DNA from: an uncultured Collinsella sp.
GTDB lineage: Bacteria; Actinomycetota; Coriobacteriia; Coriobacteriales; Coriobacteriaceae
Direction: 5' to 3'
Assembly: GCA_902470805.1 (NCBI GenBank)
Contig: CABRHX010000006.1
Coordinates: 30,166-94,165, forward strand
Length of the DNA: 64,000 bases
Shown: piece after piece, positions 37,848 through 47,201 of the stretch
Layout: the number at the start of each line of letters is the position of its first letter
Position numbering within the stretch: the stretch's first letter is position 1
Translations under genes and position numbers: made by a program
Notes under the pieces: generated by a model
Databases searched by the model: none
Told to the model about the DNA's origin: nothing
What the model saw: the letters and a program-made list of their open reading frames with translations, nothing else

Positions 37848-39197
37848 ATGGATACACCGTTGGGCTCCGTGCTCTACATCACCCTCGGGTGCGCTAAGAA
37901 CGAGGTTGACACCGACCGCATGCGTTCTCTTTTGACCGCCGCGGGCTACGAGGAGGCATTCGACCCGCAGGATGCCGATATCGCCATCGTCAATACATGT
38001 TCGTTCCTCGCCTCCGCAACGTCCGAGAGCATCGAGACCACGCTCGAGCTCGCCAACGAGGTTCAGGACGGCGTTCGTTCTTGCCCCATCGTCATGTGCG
38101 GCTGCGTGCCGTCGCGCTATGGCGATGACCTGCCTGACGAGCTGCCCGAGGTCGCTGCCTTTGTGAAGGCTGACGAGGAAGACGGCATCGTGGCGGTCAT
38201 CGATGGCGTGCTGGGTGTCGAGCGTGAGATTGCAGCCTATATCCCGCAGGTCAAACGTACCGTCGAGGGTGCTGTCGCCTACGTCAAGATTTCCGATGGC
38301 TGCAACCGCTTCTGCAGCTTCTGCATGATTCCCTACATCCGCGGCCGCTATCATTCGCGCAATGCCGAGAGCATCATCTCCGAGGTGCGCGACCTGGTTG
38401 CCGGCGGTGTGCGCGAGATCGTGCTGATCGGCCAGGACACGGGCATCTGGGGTACCGACTTTGCCGATGAGGACGTCGCCGATGGCTCGCCGCGCAATCT
38501 GGCGCAGCTGCTGCGTGCCGTCGCCGAGGCCGTACGCCCGCACAACGTCTGGGTCCGCGTGCTCTATCTGCAGCCCGAGGGCATGACTGACGAACTCATC
38601 GAGACGATTCGCGATACGCCCGAGGTGCTGCCCTATATCGATATCCCCGTGCAGCACTGCGACGCGCGCATTCTTAAGGCCATGCGTCGCTCCGGTTCAC
38701 GCCAGGAGCTCGAGGATCTGTTCCGCGACCTTCGCGAGCGCATCCCCGGCATCGTGATTCGTTCCACGGCCATGGTCGGCTTCCCGACCGAGACCGACGA
38801 CGAGTTCCGCGACCTTATCGACTTTATGGACACCGTCGGCTTTGACTACACGAGTGTCTTTGCCTACTCGCGTGAGGAAGGTAGCCTGGCCGCCAAGATG
38901 GAGGGCCAGGTCGATGAGGAGGTTAAGCTCGAGCGCGCCCAGGAGGCCATGGACCTGGCCGAGTCGCTCGGTTTTGCCGCCACCGCCGCCCATGTGGGCG
39001 AGCGAGCCCAGGTAATCGTCGACGGTATCGAAGAGACCGAGGATGGCGCCGAGCTGATCGGCCATGCCTGGTTCCAGGCGCCCGATTCCGATGGCGCGGT
39101 GCATCTGGACGCCAGCGAGGCGTCCGTGGGCGATATTCTGACCGTCGAGTTTACCGATAGCTTCTGCTACGAGCTTATCGGTCATGTTGTGGAGTAG
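37848..39197 (+). CDS. rimO: ribosomal protein S12 methylthiotransferase RimO
   Basis: LGCAKNEVDTDRM, NTCSF, radical-SAM CNRFCSFCMIPYIRG, C-terminal TRAM. Confidence 0.88.
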   Translation: MDTPLGSVLYITLGCAKNEVDTDRMRSLLTAAGYEEAFDPQDADIAIVNTCSFLASATSESIETTLELANEVQDGVRSCPIVMCGCVPSRYGDDLPDELPEVAAFVKADEEDGIVAVIDGVLGVEREIAAYIPQVKRTVEGAVAYVKISDGCNRFCSFCMIPYIRGRYHSRNAESIISEVRDLVAGGVREIVLIGQDTGIWGTDFADEDVADGSPRNLAQLLRAVAEAVRPHNVWVRVLYLQPEGMTDELIETIRDTPEVLPYIDIPVQHCDARILKAMRRSGSRQELEDLFRDLRERIPGIVIRSTAMVGFPTETDDEFRDLIDFMDTVGFDYTSVFAYSREEGSLAAKMEGQVDEEVKLERAQEAMDLAESLGFAATAAHVGERAQVIVDGIEETEDGAELIGHAWFQAPDSDGAVHLDASEASVGDILTVEFTDSFCYELIGHVVE

Positions 39198-39206
39198 GAG
39201 AGCGTC

Positions 39207-39845
39207 GTGGCTAACGAGAGTAATAAGGAACTGACGAGTGTCTGGACGCCCGCCAACATCGTGACGTGCGTTCGCATCGTCTTTATCCCGGTGTTCATGA
39301 TCGTGTCGGCTCTGTCTCACACGAGTGTTGCCGGTACGGATTGGAGCACCTTCGACGGCCCGCTCGCCGCCGCTGCCTTCATTCTGTATGTGATCCTGTC
39401 GTGCACCGATAAGGTCGACGGTTATCTGGCGCGTTCGCGCAACGAGATCACCGACTTCGGTAAATTCTTGGACCCCATCGCCGATAAGCTGCTCGTGTTC
39501 TCGGCCCTGCTGCTGTTCTTGGATTTTGGCGCAGTGACCGTGTGGTCCGTGTTCATTATCCTGTTCCGTGAGCTTCTGGTGAGCGCCCTTCGCATGGTCG
39601 CGAGTGCGGCCGGTGTGGTCGTTGCGGCCGATAAGCTCGGCAAGTACAAGACGGCAACCACGATGGTCTCCATTTGCGGTTACCTGTGCGTTTTTGCTAT
39701 GGCCGGCTTGCACCTTGGCCCGGTGGCGCTAACGCTCGGCATCTACTCGGTGTCGCGCTTCCTGTACGCCGTTGCCGTTGTCCTGACCGTTATCTCGGGC
39801 GCCCAGTACTTCTGGAACTGCCGCAAGATCGTCTTTTCGGTCTAG
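39207..39845 (+). CDS. pgsA: CDP-diacylglycerol--glycerol-3-phosphate 3-phosphatidyltransferase
   Basis: DKVDGYLARSRNEITDFGKFLDPIADK (Dx2DGx2ARx8Gx3Dx3D). Confidence 0.9.
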   Translation: MANESNKELTSVWTPANIVTCVRIVFIPVFMIVSALSHTSVAGTDWSTFDGPLAAAAFILYVILSCTDKVDGYLARSRNEITDFGKFLDPIADKLLVFSALLLFLDFGAVTVWSVFIILFRELLVSALRMVASAAGVVVAADKLGKYKTATTMVSICGYLCVFAMAGLHLGPVALTLGIYSVSRFLYAVAVVLTVISGAQYFWNCRKIVFSV

Positions 39846-39851
39846 GTCCTG

Positions 39852-40388
39852 GTGGGTATGACGGACTCTTTTGAGCAGATTTCCGCACATAACGAGGAGC
39901 TGGCGCGTGATATTGTCGAGCGCGCGAGCGCTCGGGGCGTGACGGTTTCGACGGCTGAGTCGCTGACGGCGGGTATGATCGCCTCGACGATTGCCGATAT
40001 CCCGGGCGCCTCGGCGGTGCTGCGTGGCGGTGCGGTGACCTATTGCGATGAGATTAAGCATCGCGTTCTTGGTGTTGAGCAGGAGACGCTTGACCGCTAT
40101 ACCGCGGTGTCGCATCAGACCGCGCGCGAGATGGCGGTGGGTTCGCTGGAGCTGTACCAGAGCGATATTGCAGTGAGCGCAACGGGTTATGCCGGCCCCG
40201 GCGGTGGCACTGAGGACGATCCGGCGGGCACTTTCTATATTGGCTGGGCGCATCGTTCCGCCGATGGGGGCGTGCCGGTTGTGGACTCTGTGCGCTGCCA
40301 CTATGAGGGCGACCGTTCGTGTGTTCGTGCCCATGCGGTCACGGAGGCATTGGGTCGCATTGCCCTTGTGCTCAACTCTATGGAATAG
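39852..40388 (+). CDS. pncC: CinA C-terminal domain protein / nicotinamide-nucleotide amidohydrolase PncC
   Basis: VSTAESLTAGMIASTIADIPGASAVLRGGAVTYCDEIKHRVLGV. Lies upstream of recA. Confidence 0.88.
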   Translation: MGMTDSFEQISAHNEELARDIVERASARGVTVSTAESLTAGMIASTIADIPGASAVLRGGAVTYCDEIKHRVLGVEQETLDRYTAVSHQTAREMAVGSLELYQSDIAVSATGYAGPGGGTEDDPAGTFYIGWAHRSADGGVPVVDSVRCHYEGDRSCVRAHAVTEALGRIALVLNSME

Positions 40389-40494
40389 ACGTGTTTTAAG
40401 GGGCCTTCGAGCCCCTTAATTGTGGAGATAGGGACCTTAGGCTCATTTGGCGTTTGTGCTGGTTGTAGATGTATTTTTGCCTGCCTTGTTCATA

Positions 40495-40554
40495 TTTGGT
40501 CCTTTGTGGTCAAGCATTTGGTCAGTGTTTGGTCGGCGTTTGGTTGGGTTTTGG
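40495..40554 (+). repeat. 11-bp-phased TTTGG(T) array upstream of the recA promoter
   Basis: TTTGG starts at 40495, 40517, 40528, 40539 and 40550 (spacings 22, 11, 11, 11). A TTTGTGG variant lies at 40503. Confidence 0.8.
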
Positions 40555-40586
40555 AAAGACCGCCTGCATATGATTGGCCTGAACGG

Positions 40587-40615
40587 TTGACCACGAACAG
40601 CCGTTCGTTTATTAT
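40587..40615 (+). promoter_or_regulatory. recA promoter (-35 TTGACC, 17-nt spacer, -10 TATTAT)
   Basis: TTGACC 40587-40592 and TATTAT 40610-40615. The LexA box lies entirely inside the spacer. Confidence 0.6.
40594..40607. promoter_or_regulatory. LexA (SOS / Cheo-type) box CGAACAGCCGTTCG
   Basis: GAAC-N4-GTTC palindrome, 39 nt upstream of the recA ATG. Confidence 0.75.
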
Positions 40616-40645
40616 CGATGCAGGTTGTTAAGAGGAGGGCTATTC

Positions 40646-41794
40646 ATGGCCAAGAATTCAGGTCCCGTACGTACCGTTCATGCTCGCACGACGGGTAAAG
40701 AGCGCGATGAGATGATCGCCACCACCAAGGCCGAGATCGAGAAGAAATTCGGCCAGGGTTCCATCATGAGGTACGGCGACGGTGGTCCCGAGCTCGAGGT
40801 CGAGGCCATTCCCACGGGCGCCCTGGCCCTCGATGCCGCGCTGGGTATCGGCGGCGTGCCACGCGGCCGTATCGTCGAGATTTACGGTCCTGAGTCCTCC
40901 GGTAAGACGACGCTTTCGCTCGAGATTTTGGCAGAGGCCCAGGCAATGGGTGGCGTTGTGGCATTTATCGATGCCGAGCATGCGCTCGATCCCACGTATG
41001 CCGCGCGCATTGGCGTGGATATCGACGAGGTACTGATTTCCCAGCCCGATACGGGTGAGCAGGCGCTCGAGATCGTTGACATGCTCGTGCGTTCCGGCGC
41101 CATCGATGCCATCGTCGTCGACTCTGTCGCCGCGCTGACCCCGCGTGCCGAGATCGAGGGAGAAATCGGCGACACTACGGTCGGTCTTCAGGCTCGCCTG
41201 ATGAGCCAGGCGCTCCGTAAGCTCGCCGGCTCGCTTTCTAAGTCCAACACGACGTGCATCTTCATTAATCAGCTGCGTGAGAAGATCGGCGTCATGTTCG
41301 GCAACCCCGAGACTACGACGGGCGGCCGCGCCCTTAAGTTTTTCTCTTCGGTGCGTATCGACATTCGCCGTATCGACAGCATTAAGCTTAAGGACGAGGT
41401 TATCGGTAACCGCGTGCGCGCCAAGGTCGTTAAGAACAAGGTGGCAGCTCCGTTCCGTTCTGCTGAGTTCGACATCATGTACGGTACGGGCATCTCTAAG
41501 GAGGGCTCGATTCTGGACATGGCTGTCGAGTGCGGCATCTGCAAGAAGATGGGCTCCTGGTTTGCCTATGGCGAGGACAAGCTCGGCAACGGTCGCGAGG
41601 CCGCCAAGGCGTTCCTGCGCGAACACCCCGATTGCGCTGACGAGATTGAGCATAAGGTCCGCCTTGCCTGCGGACTTGAGTTTGATGACGATGCTCCGTC
41701 CGAGGTCGAGCTGACCGATCAGCCTGCGCCTGAGGAGTTTGACGAGCTTTACGCCATCGATGGTTCCGCCATGCTCGATGATGACGACGAGTAG
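40646..41794 (+). CDS. recA: recombinase RecA
   Basis: [25 protein letters not shown] and a C-terminal acidic tail. AGGAGG SD. Confidence 0.97.
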   Translation: MAKNSGPVRTVHARTTGKERDEMIATTKAEIEKKFGQGSIMRYGDGGPELEVEAIPTGALALDAALGIGGVPRGRIVEIYGPESSGKTTLSLEILAEAQAMGGVVAFIDAEHALDPTYAARIGVDIDEVLISQPDTGEQALEIVDMLVRSGAIDAIVVDSVAALTPRAEIEGEIGDTTVGLQARLMSQALRKLAGSLSKSNTTCIFINQLREKIGVMFGNPETTTGGRALKFFSSVRIDIRRIDSIKLKDEVIGNRVRAKVVKNKVAAPFRSAEFDIMYGTGISKEGSILDMAVECGICKKMGSWFAYGEDKLGNGREAAKAFLREHPDCADEIEHKVRLACGLEFDDDAPSEVELTDQPAPEEFDELYAIDGSAMLDDDDE

Positions 41795-41805
41795 CGGTTA
41801 CGCTC

Positions 41806-42498
41806 ATGTCGTATACGGTGACCGAGGCCACGGTCGTCTTTCCCGATAAGAAGGCGGCCTCCTCGTTCTCGAGCGGATATGCGTCCAAAAAGCCTTGCGC
41901 ACATATCGATTGTGAGCTTGAGGGCGGTTTTGAGCGGTCCATTTGGATTCCCGTGCGGGTCGCGCGGCTGTATGTCAAAAATCGCCCCGATCTTCCCTGC
42001 GATTGGGACAACTTTCGTGAGGCGGTGCAGCTCATCGAGCGTAAATGTGCGCTTACCATGGTGACCGAGATGTTATCGCGCCGCGACCATGCGACGGGTG
42101 AGGTCCGTGACAAGCTGGCTCGCTACGGCTTTCACCAGCCCGCGATCGATTTCGCCGTCGAGCGCGCCACCGAATATCACTTTTTAGACGAGAACCGCTT
42201 TTGCTCGTACTTTATCGAGGAGCGCAAGCGGCGCGGTTGGGGACAGCGCAAAATCGAGACCGAGCTCAAGCGCCGTCATGTCGTGCTCGATGACATTCCC
42301 GGTTATCCCGAGGATTATTTTGCCGTCGAAGACGATTTGGCGCGTGCGTCAGCCCTACTCGCCAAGCGGCGTGTTCCAGAGACGCGCGGATTCGAAAAAC
42401 TGGTTCGGTTTTTGATGGGCAAGGGCTTCTCGTATCACATCGCCGCCGATGCCGTTAAGGCACGCCTCGATGCCGAACGCGAGGAATGTGCGGTTTAG
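41806..42498 (+). CDS. recX: recombination regulator RecX with ~75-aa N-terminal extension
   Basis: Three-helix repeats and RRGWGQRKIETELKRRHV. Immediately downstream of recA. Confidence 0.85.
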   Translation: MSYTVTEATVVFPDKKAASSFSSGYASKKPCAHIDCELEGGFERSIWIPVRVARLYVKNRPDLPCDWDNFREAVQLIERKCALTMVTEMLSRRDHATGEVRDKLARYGFHQPAIDFAVERATEYHFLDENRFCSYFIEERKRRGWGQRKIETELKRRHVVLDDIPGYPEDYFAVEDDLARASALLAKRRVPETRGFEKLVRFLMGKGFSYHIAADAVKARLDAEREECAV

Positions 42499-42560
42499 GC
42501 GTATGCGTTTTGTGGCCCTGCCGTTCACCGCGTTTTAGCCGCCGTGCCGGGGCCATTTAT

Positions 42561-42589
42561 TTGACAGTTGTTGTGGTTCAACGTACGAT
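42561..42589 (+). promoter_or_regulatory. candidate rny promoter (-35 TTGACA, 17 nt, -10 TACGAT)
   Basis: TTGACA 42561-42566 and TACGAT 42584-42589. This would give a ~165-nt leader. Confidence 0.5.
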
Positions 42590-42755
42590 AAACACTGTCA
42601 TTTGCTTTGTGATATGTGCTCATCTGTGATGAGTTTGTTTATATGTTTATCTGTATCCGACCCGCATAAGCTGCGCCCATATTACTCAAATGTCGCGAGC
42701 CGTTCGTAAGGACGGTTCGCTTTGTTGTGTAACGAATCCATAAAAAGGAGTGAGC

Positions 42756-44306
42756 ATGCCTATCATCGCAGCGCTCGTTGGCATCGTTTTGGGTGCCATC
42801 GCCGCCATCGCCTACATGCGCACCGCCAAGCAGGGTAGTCTTCACGAGGCCGACGAAAAGATCCAGTCGGCACACGCACAGGCTGAGTCCCTGATCGGTG
42901 ATGCTAAGCGTCAGGCCGAGACCCTCAAAAAAGAGGCTCTGCTTGAGGCTAAAGAGGAGATCATCAAGAACAAGCAGGCCGCCGAGGCCGAGGACAAGCA
43001 GCGTAAGAGCGAGATTCGTACGCTCGAGAACCGTGTGATGCAGCGCGAGGAGTCCCTCGATCGCCGAAACGACGCTCTTGACAAGCGTGAGCACCAGCTG
43101 TCCAGCCAGGCCGGTCAGGTCGAGAAGCGCTCCCGTGAGCTCGAGGAGCTCTGCGCAAAGCAGACCTCCGAGCTCGAGCGTATCGCCGACCTTACCCGCG
43201 AGGATGCCCACAAGGAGCTCCTCGATAAGGTTCGCGGCGAGGTCACCCACGAGGCCGCCACGATCATTCGCGAGTCCGAGCAGCAGGTTCGCGCAGAGTG
43301 CCACAAGACCGCCCAGGAGATTCTGTCCCTGGCGATTCAGCGCTGCGCTGCCGACCACACTGCCGAGGTCACCGTTACCTCCGTGCACATTCCCTCTGAT
43401 GACCTCAAGGGCCGTATCATCGGTCGCGAGGGTCGCAACATCCGCACCTTCGAGCAGGTTTCCGGCGTCAACCTCGTGATCGACGACACGCCCGAGACCG
43501 TCGTTCTTTCGAGCTTCGATCCGGTCCGTCGTGAGACCGCCCGTGTTGCCCTCGAGAACCTCATTGCTGACGGCCGCATTCACCCCGCCCGCATCGAGGA
43601 GATGTATCACAAGGCTGCCGACCTGGTTCAGCAGCGCGTGCGCGAGGCTGGCGAGCAGGCTGCCTTCGATACCGGCATTCACGACCTGCATCCCGAGATC
43701 GTCAAGACCCTTGGTGCCCTGCGCTACCGTACTTCGTTTGGTCAGAACGTGCTTCAGCACTCCCTCGAAGTCTCTGACCTGTGCGGCGTGATGGCTTCCG
43801 AGCTTGGCCTGGACGTTGTGACCGCCAAGCGCGCCGGCCTGCTGCACGACCTTGGCAAGGCAATCGACCACGACGTCGAGGGCCCGCATGCCGTCATCGG
43901 CGCCGAGCTTGCCCGCCGTTATGGTGAGAAGCCCGTTATCGTCCACGCTATCGAGGCTCACCATGCCGATGTCGACCCCAACACGGTGCTCGATGTCCTG
44001 GTACAGGCCGCCGATGCCGTCTCCGCCTCTCGCCCCGGTGCCCGTCGCGAGTCTGCCGAGAACTACATCAAGCGTCTTGAGAAGCTCGAGGAGATTGCCA
44101 ACTCCCATGAAGGCGTCGAGCGTACCTATGCCATGCAGGCTGGTCGCGAGGTCCACGTCATGGTTCAGCCGGACAAGATCTCCGATGCCCAGTCCACGGT
44201 TCTGGCTCACGATATCGCCCATCAGATCGAGGAAGAGATGGAGTATCCCGGTCAGGTGCGCGTCGTCGTGATTCGCGAGAGCCGCGCTGTCGATATCGCT
44301 AAATAA
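42756..44306 (+). CDS. rny: ribonuclease Y
   Basis: N-terminal TM ([20 protein letters not shown]), coiled coil, KH ([15 protein letters not shown]), HD ([11 protein letters not shown]). Confidence 0.95.
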   Translation: MPIIAALVGIVLGAIAAIAYMRTAKQGSLHEADEKIQSAHAQAESLIGDAKRQAETLKKEALLEAKEEIIKNKQAAEAEDKQRKSEIRTLENRVMQREESLDRRNDALDKREHQLSSQAGQVEKRSRELEELCAKQTSELERIADLTREDAHKELLDKVRGEVTHEAATIIRESEQQVRAECHKTAQEILSLAIQRCAADHTAEVTVTSVHIPSDDLKGRIIGREGRNIRTFEQVSGVNLVIDDTPETVVLSSFDPVRRETARVALENLIADGRIHPARIEEMYHKAADLVQQRVREAGEQAAFDTGIHDLHPEIVKTLGALRYRTSFGQNVLQHSLEVSDLCGVMASELGLDVVTAKRAGLLHDLGKAIDHDVEGPHAVIGAELARRYGEKPVIVHAIEAHHADVDPNTVLDVLVQAADAVSASRPGARRESAENYIKRLEKLEEIANSHEGVERTYAMQAGREVHVMVQPDKISDAQSTVLAHDIAHQIEEEMEYPGQVRVVVIRESRAVDIAK

Positions 44307-44307
44307 T

Positions 44308-45393
44308 ATGAGCGACGCGAACGAGCTCATCTCATTTATCGCGTCGATGTCGGGGGAGGGCAACCTTCGCGTCGAGGAGAACCTTGGCGAGGGGTATGTC
44401 CGCCTCCGCGTTTCGGAGGCCGAGCGGCGCCAGGCAAAGCACGATATTCAGCATGTCGAGGATATCGTCATCGAAATGCTCCGTAATGCTCGCGATGCCG
44501 GCGCCGACAAGGTCTATCTCGCCACGACCAAGGAAGATGGCGTCCGCACGCTTGTCTTTCTGGATAACGGCTCGGGTGTTCCGCAGGATATGCAAGAGCG
44601 AATCTTCGATGCCCGCGTTACCTCAAAGCTCGAGAGCATGAAGATGGACCGTTGGGGCGTTCACGGTCGTGGCATGGCATTGTTTTCGATCAAGCAGAAC
44701 ACCGACGAGGCCCGCGTGGTCACGTCTGGTGTCGATCTTGGCTCAGCCTTTAAGGTGAGCGTTGCGGCCGACCGCCTCAGCGAGCGTGCCGATCAGTCCA
44801 GCTGGCCCCAGGCCGTCAAGGATGAGGACGGACGTTATGTCTGTGCTCGCGGTCCGCATAATATTATTCGCGCTGCCTGTGAGTTTGCGCTCGAGGAGTT
44901 GCGTGGTTGCGATGTCTATCTTGGTTCTCCGTCTGAGATTGCCGCGACCCTTTATGCTCAGGCGTCAAGTCGGCTCGATACGTCTCGTCTCCTGTTTATT
45001 GATGATGAGAGCGAGCTTCCGGTTGTCGATCGTTTAGGCCTTGCCTCTGATGCCGAGGACTTTATTCGTATTTGTTCGGGTTTGGGTCTTGAAATGTCCG
45101 AGCGCACGGCCCATCGCATTTTGGCAGGGCAGATTAAGCCCGTTCGCGGTGTGACTGCGCGTCTGCTGCGCGAGCGTGACTCATCCTCGCATGCGCCGGC
45201 TCCTGTCGATCTCGCGAAGGATCGTCGTGGGCTGCGTATTGCCAAGGATGACATGGCACAGTTTTCGCGTGCTGTGGAGCGCGACTTTAATGACCTTGCC
45301 GCCCGGTACTATCTCAATCTTTGCGGCGACCCAAAGATCCGTGTTTCGCGTGATCGAATCACCGTGACCTTCGATCTTGCCAAAGAGGAATAG
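44308..45393 (+). CDS. GHKL (Bergerat-fold) ATPase-domain protein of unknown function
   Basis: N box EMLRNARDAGADKVYL, G1 FLDNGSGVP, G2 WGVHGRGMALFS. The ~200-aa C-terminal region has no motif I recognise. ATG lies 1 nt after the rny stop. Confidence 0.75.
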   Translation: MSDANELISFIASMSGEGNLRVEENLGEGYVRLRVSEAERRQAKHDIQHVEDIVIEMLRNARDAGADKVYLATTKEDGVRTLVFLDNGSGVPQDMQERIFDARVTSKLESMKMDRWGVHGRGMALFSIKQNTDEARVVTSGVDLGSAFKVSVAADRLSERADQSSWPQAVKDEDGRYVCARGPHNIIRAACEFALEELRGCDVYLGSPSEIAATLYAQASSRLDTSRLLFIDDESELPVVDRLGLASDAEDFIRICSGLGLEMSERTAHRILAGQIKPVRGVTARLLRERDSSSHAPAPVDLAKDRRGLRIAKDDMAQFSRAVERDFNDLAARYYLNLCGDPKIRVSRDRITVTFDLAKEE

Positions 45394-45467
45394 TGCCTTT
45401 ACCGAGTCCACTCGGTACGATAAAGTTATTGCAGTTAAAACGTACTTTTAAACGCAGGAGTTTCTTC

Positions 45468-45785
45468 ATGGATTGCCTGAAGGTATCAAGCAAATCATCG
45501 CCCGCGTCCGTTGCCGGCGCCATCGCCGGCATGGTCAAGGATGGTGTACCCGTCAACATCCAGTGTGTCGGTGCCGGTGCTGTCAACCAGGCCATTAAGG
45601 CCGTTGCTATCGCGCGCGGTTTTTTGATTCCAACCGGTTTTGATATTTCCTGCGCGCCTGTGTTCTCCGACATCCTCATTAACGGGGAGTCGCGCACGGC
45701 CATCCGCCTTTCTATCTACGTTCACCAGATCAATCGAGCTGCTATGGATAACGTCGTCATGGATGATGTTAAGCCTGTGGCATAG
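45468..45785 (+). CDS. spoVS: SpoVS-family protein
   Basis: LKVSSKSSPASVAGAIAGMVKDGVPVNIQCVGAGAVNQAIKAVAIARGF. AGGAG SD before ATG 45468. Confidence 0.88.
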   Translation: MDCLKVSSKSSPASVAGAIAGMVKDGVPVNIQCVGAGAVNQAIKAVAIARGFLIPTGFDISCAPVFSDILINGESRTAIRLSIYVHQINRAAMDNVVMDDVKPVA

Positions 45786-45824
45786 CTTCTGCTTGCCTCG
45801 TTTCGCTCCCCATCGTTAGGACTT

Positions 45825-47201
45825 ATGCACATGGACCAGCGTTCCGTACGCGATATTCTTGCCGGTAAAACCTACTTTATCCGCACCTTTGGCTGTCAGA
45901 TGAATCAGCACGACTCCGAGCGTGTGAGCGGTCTGCTTGATTCGTATGGCTGCCTCATGGCGCTCGATCCCGAGCATGCCGATATCGTTGTCTTCATGAC
46001 ATGCTGTGTGCGTGAGGCCGCCGATACTCGCCTGTACGGTCAGTGCAATTCCTGCAAAAGCCTGCCGCCTTCGCCTTCGGGCAAGCGTGTGGTTGCCGTG
46101 GGCGGCTGCATCGCGCAGCGTGATGGAGAGGGCCTGCTCACCAACGTCGATAACGTCAATGTCATCTTTGGCACGCATTCCATCGCACATGTGGCCGAGC
46201 TCATTGCCGAGGCGTTCCTTGATGGTAAGCGTCATATCCGCACCAATGAGCATGAGGATACGGATGCCATGAGCATGCCGTGGCATCGCGAGACCCAGTA
46301 TCACGCCTGGGTGCCCATCATGACAGGCTGCAATAATTTCTGCACCTATTGCATCGTGCCGTACGTGCGCGGTCGCGAAAAAAGTCGCCCCTTCGAGGAG
46401 ATTGTCGACGAGGTGACCGGTTTGGTGCGCCAGGGCGTGCGTGAGATTACGCTGCTGGGCCAAAACGTTAACTCATATGGTCGCGATCTGTTTGGCAAGC
46501 CGCGTTTTGCCGATCTGCTGCGTGCCGTGGGCGATACGGGTGTGGAGCGCATCTTCTTTACGTCTTCGCATCCCAAGGATCTGCTCCCCGAGACCATCGA
46601 CGCTATGGCCGAGACGCCCGCCGTCATGCCGCAGCTTCACTTGGCCGTTCAGTCGGGCTCCACGCGCATCCTCAAAGAGATGAATCGCCGTTATACACGC
46701 GAGGACTATCTGGGCCTGGTCGATCGCATTCGCAACCGCATGCCCGATATCGCGCTCTCGACCGACATTATCGTTGGCTTCCCGGGCGAGACTGAAGAAG
46801 ACTTTGAGCAGACGCTCTCACTTGCCGAGACGGTCCGCTATGCTCAGGCCTATACCTTCATCTATTCCAAGCGCGCCGGTACCCCGGCCGCCGAGATTGA
46901 CGATCCTACGCCGCATGAGGTTATTCTCGAGCGTTTCAACCGCCTGGTTAAGGTTATCGAGACCACGGCGCACGAGTACAACCAGGGTGAGCTTCATACT
47001 GTGGTGCCGGCGCTCATTGAGGGAACGAGTAAAAAGAACGACGCGGTCCTGCTGGGCAAGAGTCCCAAGAATCAGACCGTGCATGCGCCTATCCCCGAGG
47101 GTTACAGCATCGATCAGCTTGTTGGCAAGATCGTTGATGTTGACGTTGACGTTGCCAAGACCTGGTATTTGTCCGGCTCCGTTGTGGGCGAGCCGCGCTA
47201 A
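45825..47201 (+). CDS. miaB: tRNA-2-methylthio-N6-dimethylallyladenosine synthase MiaB
   Basis: FGCQMNQHDSERVSG, radical-SAM CNNFCTYCIVPYVRG, TRAM C-terminus. Confidence 0.92.
   Translation: MHMDQRSVRDILAGKTYFIRTFGCQMNQHDSERVSGLLDSYGCLMALDPEHADIVVFMTCCVREAADTRLYGQCNSCKSLPPSPSGKRVVAVGGCIAQRDGEGLLTNVDNVNVIFGTHSIAHVAELIAEAFLDGKRHIRTNEHEDTDAMSMPWHRETQYHAWVPIMTGCNNFCTYCIVPYVRGREKSRPFEEIVDEVTGLVRQGVREITLLGQNVNSYGRDLFGKPRFADLLRAVGDTGVERIFFTSSHPKDLLPETIDAMAETPAVMPQLHLAVQSGSTRILKEMNRRYTREDYLGLVDRIRNRMPDIALSTDIIVGFPGETEEDFEQTLSLAETVRYAQAYTFIYSKRAGTPAAEIDDPTPHEVILERFNRLVKVIETTAHEYNQGELHTVVPALIEGTSKKNDAVLLGKSPKNQTVHAPIPEGYSIDQLVGKIVDVDVDVAKTWYLSGSVVGEPR

Noticed and set aside
40422-40631. 69-aa ORF between cinA/pncC and recA
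   Set aside because: It has no SD and Cys/Trp/Phe-rich composition. It is made up of the TTTGG repeat array and the recA promoter and SOS box, so the regulatory interpretation explains the sequence better.
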